Shown one piece after another: positions 18,296-26,967 of a DNA stretch of 52,953 bases. The DNA lies in contig JAFWAG010000062.1 of the NCBI GenBank assembly GCA_017507765.1, positions 1 through 52,953 on the forward strand, given 5' to 3'. The position numbers and the translations under genes were made by a program. The DNA comes from Alphaproteobacteria bacterium. GTDB taxonomy: Bacteria; Pseudomonadota; Alphaproteobacteria; CACZRW01. Each line of letters opens with the position of its first letter. Position 1 is the first letter of the stretch. The notes under the pieces were generated by a model. It was not told the DNA's origin and did not search any database. It was given only the letters and a program-made list of their open reading frames with translations.

Positions 18296-19225
18296 ATGGC
18301 GGATAAAAAATACAGACTGGTAACCCGAAGCGATTTTGACGGATTGGTATGTGCGGTCTTGATGAAAGAAATCGACCTTATTGATGATATTTTATTCGTT
18401 CACCCAAAGGATATGCAGGACGGAAAGGTTGATACATCAGATAACGATATAAGCACAAACCTTCCTTATACTCCCGGAATCCATTTGTGCTTTGACCACC
18501 ATTACAGTGAAACTATCCGAAATGAAGCTCATGAAAATCATATTATTGATGCCGAAGCTCCTTCGGCTGCCAGAGTGGTTTATAACTACTATGGCGGAAA
18601 GGAAGTCTTTGCCAATATTTCCGATGATATGATGGCTGCCGTCGATAAAGCCGATATGGCAAAGTTTGACAGGGAAGATATTTTGGATCCGGTTGGTTGG
18701 ACTTTGTTAAACTTTATTATGGACTCCCGAACCGGACTTGGCCGGCATCACGAGTTTCGGATTTCTAATTACCAGCTGATGATGAAGCTGATAGATTTGT
18801 GCCGAAAATGCTCAATCGAAGATGTTTTGAAAGATGCCGATGTTCGGGAAAGAATAGACCTTTATATGGAGCATTATGTTCCTTCTATTGAACAGCTTAA
18901 AAGATGCTCTTCCGTACATGGTAATTTGGTCTTAGTTGATTTCTTGGCAGAAGAAAATATCTATGCCGGAAACCGTTTTATGATTTATGCCTTGTATCCG
19001 GAAGCCAATGTTTCTATGCACGTTTTGTGGGGCAGAGATAAGGAAAGTATCGTATATGCCGTCGGAAAATCCATAATTAACGATACTTGTAAAACCAATG
19101 TCGGAGAGCTGATGTTGCAATACGGCGGAGGCGGTCATATTGCCGCAGGTACTTGTCAGGCATCTTTGGACGATGCGGCTAAAGTTCGTCGGGAGCTTGT
19201 TGAAATAATCAATAAAAACGGTTAA
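18296..19225 (+). CDS. DHH/DHHA1 phosphoesterase (NrnA/PggH-like), paralogue 1
   Basis: TRSDFDG, FDHH, GGGGH motifs. Start MADKKY at 18296. Confidence 0.85.
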   Translation: MADKKYRLVTRSDFDGLVCAVLMKEIDLIDDILFVHPKDMQDGKVDTSDNDISTNLPYTPGIHLCFDHHYSETIRNEAHENHIIDAEAPSAARVVYNYYGGKEVFANISDDMMAAVDKADMAKFDREDILDPVGWTLLNFIMDSRTGLGRHHEFRISNYQLMMKLIDLCRKCSIEDVLKDADVRERIDLYMEHYVPSIEQLKRCSSVHGNLVLVDFLAEENIYAGNRFMIYALYPEANVSMHVLWGRDKESIVYAVGKSIINDTCKTNVGELMLQYGGGGHIAAGTCQASLDDAAKVRRELVEIINKNG

Positions 19226-19272
19226 AATCGTATGCAGTTTTGCCGAAACTAGGACAATAAAGGATTAGAAAA

Positions 19273-20223
19273 ATGGCAGGTGATAAATATCGGTTGGTTA
19301 CCAGAAGCGATTTTGATGGGTTGGTAAGCGCTTTGTTGTTAAAAGAGCTAGACTTAATCGACAATATTAAATTCGTTCACCCCAAAGATGTCCAAGACGG
19401 GATTATTGAAATAACCGAAAGCGATATTACAACTAATCTGCCTTATTCCCGAGGCGCTCATTACGCTTTTGACCACCATATCAGTGAGCTTGCACGGGTT
19501 GGAATCAAAAGCAATTATATGTTAAATCCAACGGCTCCTTCGGCTGCCAGAGTGGTTTGGGACAGCTTCGGCGGAGCAGCAGGTTTTCCAAATATTCCGG
19601 AAGAAATTATGAATGCCGTTGATCAGGCAGATTCCGCAAAGTACACAATTGATGAAATTATGAATCCAACCGGTTGGACTTTGTTAAGCTTTATTATGGA
19701 CGCTAGAACCGGACTTGGTCGTTTCCACAATTTTGCTATTTCCAATTATCAGCTGATGATGGATTTGATTGGGCATTGCCGGAAATATACCGTGGAAGAA
19801 ATCCTTGCTCTGCCTGATGTTAAAGAACGGGTGGATTTGTATTTTGAATGTCAGGATAAGTTTATTAAACAGCTGAAAAAAGTTACGAATGTCCGAGATA
19901 ATCTGGCTTTTGTTGATTTGCTGAATGTAGAAAATATTTATCCGGGTAACCGCTTTATGGTCTACGCTCTGTTTCCGGAAGTTAATATTTCTATGCACGC
20001 AATGTGGCGGGTTAACGGCCAGAGAGTCGTTTTTGCCGTAGGTAAATCAATTATCAACCGCACCAATACTATTAATGTCGGAGAATTGATGCTACAATAT
20101 GGCGGCGGCGGTCATACGGCGGCCGGAACCTGTCAGGTTGATTTGGAAGATGCGGCAAAAGTTCGTGAAGAGCTGGTTAAAATCTTAACCGCACCGGAAG
20201 CTACGGAAGCAGTAGTGGCGTAA
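19273..20223 (+). CDS. DHH/DHHA1 phosphoesterase (NrnA/PggH-like), paralogue 2
   Basis: Same motifs (TRSDFDG, FDHH, GGGGH); colinear with paralogue 1 over its full length. Confidence 0.85.
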   Translation: MAGDKYRLVTRSDFDGLVSALLLKELDLIDNIKFVHPKDVQDGIIEITESDITTNLPYSRGAHYAFDHHISELARVGIKSNYMLNPTAPSAARVVWDSFGGAAGFPNIPEEIMNAVDQADSAKYTIDEIMNPTGWTLLSFIMDARTGLGRFHNFAISNYQLMMDLIGHCRKYTVEEILALPDVKERVDLYFECQDKFIKQLKKVTNVRDNLAFVDLLNVENIYPGNRFMVYALFPEVNISMHAMWRVNGQRVVFAVGKSIINRTNTINVGELMLQYGGGGHTAAGTCQVDLEDAAKVREELVKILTAPEATEAVVA

Positions 20224-20224
20224 A

Positions 20225-21055
20225 TTAAGACGCAGAAGCGGAAGAATCTGGGCTTTTGGCATATAAGCCTTTTACATCTTTGATAAGTTTGAAGCGGGAA
20301 GAAAAGCCCAAAACGGTTTCGTTTAAGCCTAAGAATAAACAACCGTCAGCAGGCATTTCGTTTGCAAACTTTGATAAAATCCGAGTTTTAAGCGGAGAGT
20401 CAAAGCTACGGATTACATAACGACAGAAAATAACATCAAACTTGCCCAAAGGAGCGATGTCGTCCAAAAGATTCCAACGTTTAAATTGAACCATTGCCCG
20501 TAAGGAATGGTCAATCTGCCACTGGTCATCTTGTTTGGAAAAGTGGCGCAAAAGCTGCCGTATCGGTAAACCCCTTTGGACTTCAAACTGGGAATACATA
20601 CCTTCACGAGCCTTGTTTATCATGGTTGAAGAAATATCTATGCCCACGATTTCTATGTTCCAATCGGGATTTTTTTCCAGGGCGTCTTTGACAATCATGG
20701 CAATAGAGTAAGCTTCCTGACCGCTTGAAGCTCCCGCAGAAAGAATACGAATGGTTTTGGTGTTTGCGCGAGCTTTGAAAAGATAGGGAAGAACCATATC
20801 CTTGAACTGAGCAAAAGGCTTTATATCCCGAAAGAATAACGTTTCGTTCGTGGTCATGGCTTCGGTAAAAGCGGCGGTTAACGCAGAATCTCTTTGCCGT
20901 AACGCAAGAGTTAAATCGTCCAGACCACTCATATTAAACTCTCGAGCAACCGGCATTAAGCGGCTTTCCAGCATATAAAACTTATCAGCAGTCAGAACAA
21001 TGCCTGATTGCTCTTTAAGTAAATTGGAAAGGAATGAAAAGTCGGTTTGGTTCAT
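20225..21055 (-). CDS. cheR: Chemotaxis protein-glutamate methyltransferase
   Basis: MTTNETLFFRD, RILSAGASSGQEAYSIAM, GIDIS, YSQFEVQRGL, FDVIFCRYV. Confidence 0.92.
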   Translation of the reverse strand: MNQTDFSFLSNLLKEQSGIVLTADKFYMLESRLMPVAREFNMSGLDDLTLALRQRDSALTAAFTEAMTTNETLFFRDIKPFAQFKDMVLPYLFKARANTKTIRILSAGASSGQEAYSIAMIVKDALEKNPDWNIEIVGIDISSTMINKAREGMYSQFEVQRGLPIRQLLRHFSKQDDQWQIDHSLRAMVQFKRWNLLDDIAPLGKFDVIFCRYVIRSFDSPLKTRILSKFANEMPADGCLFLGLNETVLGFSSRFKLIKDVKGLYAKSPDSSASAS

Positions 21056-21090
21056 AGCGGTAAAGGCCTCTTTCTTTTTCTTCGTCCCGT

Positions 21091-21456
21091 TTACAATAAA
21101 CCGGTTTGCATTAGTTTCAAGCGCAATATTTCACTGTCAAACGGCTTCATGATATATTCCCAAGCTCCGGCGTCCAAAGCGGTTTGTATATCTTTGGGGT
21201 CGTTTCTTGAGGTACAGAAAATAACCGGTACTTTTTCACTGCCGGGAAGTTTTTTAAAGTCTGCCATAAAAGAGATGCCGTCTTTTACCGGCAAAATCCA
21301 ATCAAGCAAAATAAAATCCGGAAGGCTTTTTTGGCATTGGGCAAGTGCGACTTCACCGTTTTCGGCTTCGATAGCATTGAAGTTCATTTCCTGTAAAGCT
21401 TTGGCGGCAATAACGCGGATTACTTTTGAATCTTCTACAACTAAACAGGTTTTCAT
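21091..21456 (-). CDS. cheY: Single-domain CheY-like response regulator
   Basis: LVVEDS, phosphoacceptor LLDW, FCTS, YIMKPF. Confidence 0.85.
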   Translation of the reverse strand: MKTCLVVEDSKVIRVIAAKALQEMNFNAIEAENGEVALAQCQKSLPDFILLDWILPVKDGISFMADFKKLPGSEKVPVIFCTSRNDPKDIQTALDAGAWEYIMKPFDSEILRLKLMQTGLL

Positions 21457-21489
21457 GTGGTCCTCTTCGGATTATTTCTTTGTATGTTG

Positions 21490-22149
21490 TTACACTAATG
21501 CATTTAAATCAAGAAAAAGTATATTTTTTTGGTCTTTTAAAACAGCATATTTTTCTTTGCCGGAGATTTTTATGTCCGCCGAAGCAAGATACGGGCGGTT
21601 TTCACATAAAAAGGCAAAGCTTTTTTCCGGACTTCCGACAATTATGGCAAAAGCAGCTCCTTTTATTGTGCCTAAGTTTACGCTTTTTAAGCCGGAAAGT
21701 TTTTCGTTCCCCGGTTCGATAATGCGGATTACTTCCGATGCGCTTAAAGCAAAACGTTTTTCTTCCGCCGAGATGATTAAAACGTCTTTGCCTGAGCTTT
21801 TAATGCCGAGCCGATTAAAGATATCTTCGTCAGAGCCTTTGGCTTCCCAGCCAAGATTAGAGCTTTCCTGCATGATTTCCAACATACGGCTTAATGCCAG
21901 AAAAATAAGCGGGGCTGCTTCGGTTGCGTTGTTTTGACGCAAAGCAACTTCCTTCATGGCTTCGGAAAGAGACCGTAAACGGGGGATAAAGGAAAATAAT
22001 GAAGCGGCAGATACCATATCGGTAAATTCGTCAAGCTTGGCAAAAAAATCGTCTTTCCCTGCCAAGGTGGTTAATTCCGAAGCTTTGCGGAAAAGCTCTT
22101 TTTGAAAGTCGCTAAGAAATGTATCTAGGTTTGGTTGTTTTTCTGCCAT
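21490..22149 (-). CDS. Degenerate mini-CheA: His-less Hpt-like domain fused to a CheW-like domain
   Basis: It occupies the cheA position between chpT and cheY. The N-terminal half aligns by eye with alphaproteobacterial CheA P1 (FIPRLRSL, GSDEDIFNRL) and the C-terminal half with P5/CheW (KRFALSASEVIRII, FLDLNALV). The protein contains no histidine and no HATPase boxes. Confidence 0.6.
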   Translation of the reverse strand: MAEKQPNLDTFLSDFQKELFRKASELTTLAGKDDFFAKLDEFTDMVSAASLFSFIPRLRSLSEAMKEVALRQNNATEAAPLIFLALSRMLEIMQESSNLGWEAKGSDEDIFNRLGIKSSGKDVLIISAEEKRFALSASEVIRIIEPGNEKLSGLKSVNLGTIKGAAFAIIVGSPEKSFAFLCENRPYLASADIKISGKEKYAVLKDQKNILFLDLNALV

Positions 22150-22152
22150 ATC

Positions 22153-22740
22153 TTAACGCACCCAAAAGGTAATTTTATCTTGGCCTTCTTCAACTTGTAA
22201 AGAATAGCCGCCGTCTTTGGCATACTCGGAAACCAAAACCGCCGCAATGTTTAAGGAATCCGGAGTGAAATCCGGTTTGCCGGAAAATATATCGGCAAGA
22301 TTATCCGCCAGTCCGGCATTTTTGCCGCTTGCTTCAACTTTGTCTTGATAAACAGTTATTTCTCCGCCTCTGCTGACTGCGGTGCCGGCAATTAAACACA
22401 AAATCATCATTATTCGCATTAAAACATAATCTTCCGTACCGGACGGTTCCCAGTTAAGGCTTATGCGGTTTAAAGTGGCAATGTATTTTTTCGTGATGTC
22501 AGAAGCATTCGCTGCGGAAAAATCCGAACTTTCCGAGCCAAAAGCAAGTCGGTAAAAACGCATACGAGCCGCAACGCTTTGCGCACTTGTGTTCAAAACT
22601 TTTACCGCTTCTTGTAAAAAATCTTTGTCGTTCATGCTTTCCGCAATCAATTCACAGCCGTTCGTAATGGCTCCGACACCGCCGGCTATGTCGTGCGTGA
22701 AACGGGTAAGTAATAACTCACTTAACAATTTTTTTGGCAT
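22153..22740 (-). CDS. chpT: Histidine phosphotransferase ChpT
   Basis: LLTRFTHDIAGGVGAITNGCELI with the conserved His, ARMRFYRLAFG, and a degenerate catalytic-domain C-terminus. Confidence 0.85.
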   Translation of the reverse strand: MPKKLLSELLLTRFTHDIAGGVGAITNGCELIAESMNDKDFLQEAVKVLNTSAQSVAARMRFYRLAFGSESSDFSAANASDITKKYIATLNRISLNWEPSGTEDYVLMRIMMILCLIAGTAVSRGGEITVYQDKVEASGKNAGLADNLADIFSGKPDFTPDSLNIAAVLVSEYAKDGGYSLQVEEGQDKITFWVR

Positions 22741-22823
22741 AATGTTAAAACTCTAAATAGACATACACAAAATCTGGTGGTACTATAGCAGAAACATAAC
22801 TAAAGATAAAGGGACGTTTATTC

Positions 22824-23051
22824 GTGGCGATTGAAAATACTTCTGCGAACTTTTTTAGTTCCGGTGCGGACTTAAATCGTATTTCTTCTAGCTCTGTGCG
22901 GGGATTTAACGGGAAAAATCCTGATGCCAATAATAATGCTGCTTTGATGAGAGAACGCCCAAATGTGGAAATCCGTAATAAAATTATGGTGGACGGACGG
23001 CAGTATAATCCCGATGCCCCACGGGGAACCTATTTGGATATTAAGGTTTAA
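22824..23051 (+). CDS. Small hypothetical protein (75 aa)
   Basis: GTG start, divergent from chpT, fills an otherwise empty gap; ends PRGTYLDIKV. Confidence 0.55.
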   Translation: MAIENTSANFFSSGADLNRISSSSVRGFNGKNPDANNNAALMRERPNVEIRNKIMVDGRQYNPDAPRGTYLDIKV

Positions 23052-23068
23052 CTTTTTCTTTCTTATAT

Positions 23069-23884
23069 TTACTTGCTTTCTTGGTTTTCGGCGGTCTTTT
23101 TAAGGGCGGTCGGAATAAACTTGTAAGAAAGATAAAGCATCGGCATATCTATTAACGTAAGTCCGAAGCGAAGCCAAAAAACGCCAAGCACATAACTGGA
23201 TACCAAAATGCCTAAGGCAATCGGCTCTTTGGCAAGAAAATAAAAGGCGCATAAAGAAAATACCGTATTGTCGACCAAAGTTCCTATTGATGAAGCGATA
23301 ATGCCTCTGAACCATAAGAACTTGTTTTTAAACAGCCGCAAAAGTTTGGAAAATACCAAAACGTTGATTACCTGACTGGTCGCAAAAGCTAAAAGCGTGG
23401 AAATAAGAATGGAAGGCGCAGGAGTGAATAACGCTTCTAAATGCTCTTGGGTTTTAAAAGCCCAAGTATAATCAGTGATTTTGTCGGCTCCGACATTGTC
23501 TGGACTTATGGGCGTAAAAGCCAAAGACAAAGCCATTAAAATGACAAAACATAAGTATCCTAAAAAGCTTAGTTTAACCGCAGTTATCGCTTCTTTTTGG
23601 CCGTAATGTTCGTTGATTATCTCGGTCGCAAGGTAAGTAGAAACAAAGACTACCGTACCTAATGGAATGGGATCGGGAAGCGCTGCAAAGGGAACCAGTT
23701 TTAAAACTTGGATATTTGCAATTATTACCGCCATGGTGATGTAAGAATATAAGCCTTCTTTGCCAAGATACTTAAAAATCAGCAAAACCATGGCGTAGGA
23801 AGTAATAATCTCTGCTGCCAGAATGAACAGCGGGTTTACCGTCTCTAAATAAGAGATAAGGTCAATAAAAAAGGCGTTTCCCAT
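23069..23884 (-). CDS. yhhQ: Queuosine precursor transporter (YhhQ/VUT family)
   Basis: IIANIQVLK, LATEIINEHYG, AFATSQVINV, GTLVDNTVF; multiple TM helices. Confidence 0.85.
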   Translation of the reverse strand: MGNAFFIDLISYLETVNPLFILAAEIITSYAMVLLIFKYLGKEGLYSYITMAVIIANIQVLKLVPFAALPDPIPLGTVVFVSTYLATEIINEHYGQKEAITAVKLSFLGYLCFVILMALSLAFTPISPDNVGADKITDYTWAFKTQEHLEALFTPAPSILISTLLAFATSQVINVLVFSKLLRLFKNKFLWFRGIIASSIGTLVDNTVFSLCAFYFLAKEPIALGILVSSYVLGVFWLRFGLTLIDMPMLYLSYKFIPTALKKTAENQESK

Positions 23885-23901
23885 GCATTAACGTCCGAAA
23901 A

Positions 23902-24438
23902 TTATTTGGGCGTCAAAAGCATCATCATCTGTTTGCCTTCGATTTTCGGCTTTTGCTCTATTTTCACAAGGGTTTCCAAGTCCAGACAAATGCGCTCCAT
24001 AAGCTCTTCCGCCATTTTGTGATAGGCAATTTCTCGACCTTTGAAACGCAGAGATACTTTTACTTTGTTGCCGTCTTCCAAAAAGCGTCGGGCGTTTTTC
24101 AGTTTGACGTCATAGTCATGAGTGTCAATGCTGGGGCTGATTTTAATTTCCTTGATTTCCACAACTTTTTGTTTTTTCCGAGCTTCGGCTTTTTTCTTTT
24201 GTATTTCGTATTTATATTTGCCGTAGTCCAAAATCTTACATACCGGAGGCTCGGCATTAGGGGAAATCTCCACTAAGTCTAAACCGGCTTCGTCGGCTTT
24301 CTTTAAAGCTTCCGTTAATGAAACTACTCCGGCGGTTTCGCCGTTCTCCAGGATTAAACGAACTTCTCTTGCGGTTATATCCTCGTTGGCACGCGGCCCT
24401 TCCCGGGTCGGCATTGCCTGCATATTATCTCTGCTTAT
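23902..24438 (-). CDS. infC: Translation initiation factor IF-3 with a probable non-canonical ATA start
   Basis: LDLVEISPNAEPPVCKILDYGKYKY, KVKVSLRFKGRE. AAGGAG lies 7 nt upstream of an in-frame ATA at 24438, whereas the ATG at 24423 is 22 nt from that SD. Confidence 0.95.
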   Translation of the reverse strand: MSRDNMQAMPTREGPRANEDITAREVRLILENGETAGVVSLTEALKKADEAGLDLVEISPNAEPPVCKILDYGKYKYEIQKKKAEARKKQKVVEIKEIKISPSIDTHDYDVKLKNARRFLEDGNKVKVSLRFKGREIAYHKMAEELMERICLDLETLVKIEQKPKIEGKQMMMLLTPK

Positions 24439-24514
24439 AAAACGTCTCCTTTAAAATAACAGTTGGTTGCAAATAAAAGCATATATGCTGCAAATGGTTT
24501 ATATACTCTTATGG

Positions 24515-25705
24515 TCATTTTTTTGCCAATTCTTCATATATCTTTAAAGTCTTGGCACACATGGCGCGCGTGGAAAAATCCGTCGCCGCACAATTAACTG
24601 CGGTTTGGGTAAGAACTTCTTTTTCCCGTTCGCTCATATCCAGTGCTTTTTCCAAAGTGTCAGCAAGGTCTTCGCTGTCTTTGCTTTTAAATAAAAATCC
24701 GGTCAGGCCGTTTTTAATCGTTTCGCAAGCTCCGCCTTCGTCAGCCGCAATTACAATCTTGCCCATGGCTTGAGCTTCTACTATCGTTCTGCCAAACGCT
24801 TCCGGCTTGGTTGCTGCGGAAACAACAATGTCGGCCAACATATAAGCCGCCGGCATATCGGCGCAATAGGAAATCAAGCGGACTTTGCCGCCCAAACCTA
24901 AACTTGAGGCAAAATGCTCTATTTCTTTGCGGAAGCTTTCTTTGCCTTGTAAAGAGCCGACAAAAATACAGTAAATGTCTTCTCTGTCTTTTATGCGGCT
25001 TAACGCTTCCAACATAAGGTGATGACCTTTCCACCGTGAAAGACGGCAGGGAAGCATGATTATTGTCGCTCCGTCCGGAAGATTCCATTGCTTTGCCAAG
25101 GCGATAATCCTTGCACGGGTTACTTTCGACGGGTCAAAAATATCGGTGTCAACGCCACGGTGAACGACACGGATTTTCTGTTCGGGAATCTGGTAATCTT
25201 TTTTGATAAGAGAAGCAATGTAATCAGAAACCGCAATGATTAAATCGCTTTTGGTCATAACCCGATTGTAGGGACGTTTGATTTTTCCCGGTCCCATACC
25301 GTAAGTACCGTGGAAGGTGGTCAAAAACTTTATGCCGGTTTTCTTGGCGGCAAGATAAGCACTCCATGCTGGAGCGCGGGAACGGGCATGAATTATATCA
25401 ACGCCTTTTTCGGTGATGATTTTTGCCAACTTTTCCGCATTTTGCCAGATTTTAAAAGGGTTCTTTGTTGCCAAAGGTAAAGTTATATGTTCGACTTTTA
25501 TCCGCTTTAAATCTTTGGTCAAAAAACCGCCTTCCGAGGCTACTAAGGATTCATGACCTGCCGCTTTTAAAGCCGAAGCAATTTCAATGGTGCCTCGTTC
25601 AACACCACCGCCGTTTAAAGATGGTAAAACCTGTAAAACCAAAGGAAACTTTTTAGCAGAAGATTCCGCTAAGCCAGAGTTAGTATTCACCGCGGTATCC
25701 TGCAT
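24515..25705 (-). CDS. Glycosyltransferase family 4
   Basis: VLQVLPSLNGGGVERGT, HARSRAPAW, PEAFGRTIVEAQAMG. Start ATG at 25705. Confidence 0.88.
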   Translation of the reverse strand: MQDTAVNTNSGLAESSAKKFPLVLQVLPSLNGGGVERGTIEIASALKAAGHESLVASEGGFLTKDLKRIKVEHITLPLATKNPFKIWQNAEKLAKIITEKGVDIIHARSRAPAWSAYLAAKKTGIKFLTTFHGTYGMGPGKIKRPYNRVMTKSDLIIAVSDYIASLIKKDYQIPEQKIRVVHRGVDTDIFDPSKVTRARIIALAKQWNLPDGATIIMLPCRLSRWKGHHLMLEALSRIKDREDIYCIFVGSLQGKESFRKEIEHFASSLGLGGKVRLISYCADMPAAYMLADIVVSAATKPEAFGRTIVEAQAMGKIVIAADEGGACETIKNGLTGFLFKSKDSEDLADTLEKALDMSEREKEVLTQTAVNCAATDFSTRAMCAKTLKIYEELAKK

Positions 25706-26129
25706 GTCTGTCGTAAATAAGATGTTCGCGATTTTCCGGCGGCAAAGCGTCTTTGTAACCAAAGGCACGCATACAATCGGCATATTCATCGCCGTCAACC
25801 ATGGTGGAGCCGTTGAAGTCGTTTACATATATAGCTTGCGCTCCACGATAGGGAATAAAAGATGCCCATACTTTGCCGTTTTCGGGATCCATGCGGTTCT
25901 TCGGGTCATGAGGTCCGGGAGAAAGGTTGTCAAACATCGCATAAGGTGAGGTATCAAAAGGCCAAGCATCGGCTTCACGGATACAGACGTTATGGTCACG
26001 GACAAACTTTTGCGGACCAATGTCGCCTCTACCCTGCCAATGATAGACCGAACTTTCCGTACCGGCGCATGCCGCTACTCCGGCGGCCGTTATGCAAATC
26101 AGCAAAAATCTTAGAAAAAATGTCTTCAT
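25680..26129 (-). CDS. Putative lipoprotein
   Basis: Signal ending VAAC; two further Cys; 3' end overlaps the GT4 start. Confidence 0.65.
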   Translation of the reverse strand: MKTFFLRFLLICITAAGVAACAGTESSVYHWQGRGDIGPQKFVRDHNVCIREADAWPFDTSPYAMFDNLSPGPHDPKNRMDPENGKVWASFIPYRGAQAIYVNDFNGSTMVDGDEYADCMRAFGYKDALPPENREHLIYDRHAGYRGEY

Positions 26130-26207
26130 GATACCTTAATATAAACTGTTATTTTTCTTACCATAAAATAATTGGAGAGAAAACGCTATAAAATTATACA
26201 ATTTTTA

Positions 26208-26876
26208 TTAAAAATCAAGCTCTGAATAATAGGGTGGCGGAATTATTCCGGTTTGGCGGTCTTGTAAAAGATTCCGGAAAGAAGGTCTTGATTTAATTCT
26301 CATATACCAGTCTTTGGCGTCCGGAAACTTATCCCAAGGTACATCGCCAAGATAATCAATGACGGATAACTCTGCGGCTGCGGCTATATCTGCGTAAGAA
26401 AAAATCTCTCCCGCAAGCCATTTGCGCCGGACTATCAGCCATTCCAGATATTGCAGATGCTCTCTGAGAAAGGCTTTGGAAGAGCGAATGGTTACGGAGT
26501 TAGGGGCGCCGGCACAGCGCAGGCTTTTGATGACTTTTTCAATTAAAAGGCCGCTGGTTACTTCGCGGGCAAACTTTTCATCAAACCAACGGGTGAGACG
26601 GCGGATTTCTACTCTTTGCCAAATCTCGGTGCCAAGAAGGCTCGGTTCGGGATAAGCTTCTTCCAGATATTCGCAGATGACCGAATGTTCCGGTATCGTC
26701 TTTCCGTCCGTTTCAATTAAAACCGGAATGTCTCCGGAAGGGTTGATTTCCAGAAAAGACTGACGCTTGGAGCCTAAATCTTCGGAAACCAAATCACACT
26801 GAAGACCCTTTTCCGCAAGCGCAATCCTGACTTTGCGGCAAACAGGAGATAAAATGTGATGATATAATTTCCTCAT
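26208..26876 (-). CDS. fzlA: GST-fold FtsZ-binding protein FzlA
   Basis: INPSGDIPVL, WFDEKF, SVIDYLGDVPW, KSRPSFR and the C-terminal YSELDF match the Caulobacter FzlA family as recalled; divergent from uppP. Confidence 0.82.
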   Translation of the reverse strand: MRKLYHHILSPVCRKVRIALAEKGLQCDLVSEDLGSKRQSFLEINPSGDIPVLIETDGKTIPEHSVICEYLEEAYPEPSLLGTEIWQRVEIRRLTRWFDEKFAREVTSGLLIEKVIKSLRCAGAPNSVTIRSSKAFLREHLQYLEWLIVRRKWLAGEIFSYADIAAAAELSVIDYLGDVPWDKFPDAKDWYMRIKSRPSFRNLLQDRQTGIIPPPYYSELDF

Positions 26877-26967
26877 AATTTATGCGCACCCAAAAGTTTT
26901 TCGTCTTTACTATCATACCCTGACGCGTATAAGAATAGAAAACTTTCTTTAACAAAGGATTTATTTA

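Noticed and set aside
18296-20223. Tandem DHH genes as an assembly duplication
   Set aside because: The copies differ at a large fraction of residues and synonymous sites, which fits an old paralogy.
21047-21937. 296-aa + strand ORF
   Set aside because: Antisense shadow across cheY and cheA*; Ser/Phe-rich composition typical of a reverse-frame read.
21490-22149. Calling cheA* a pseudogene
   Set aside because: No frameshift or internal stop, tight spacing with its neighbours, and two apparently complete domains. Decay cannot be excluded but is not shown.
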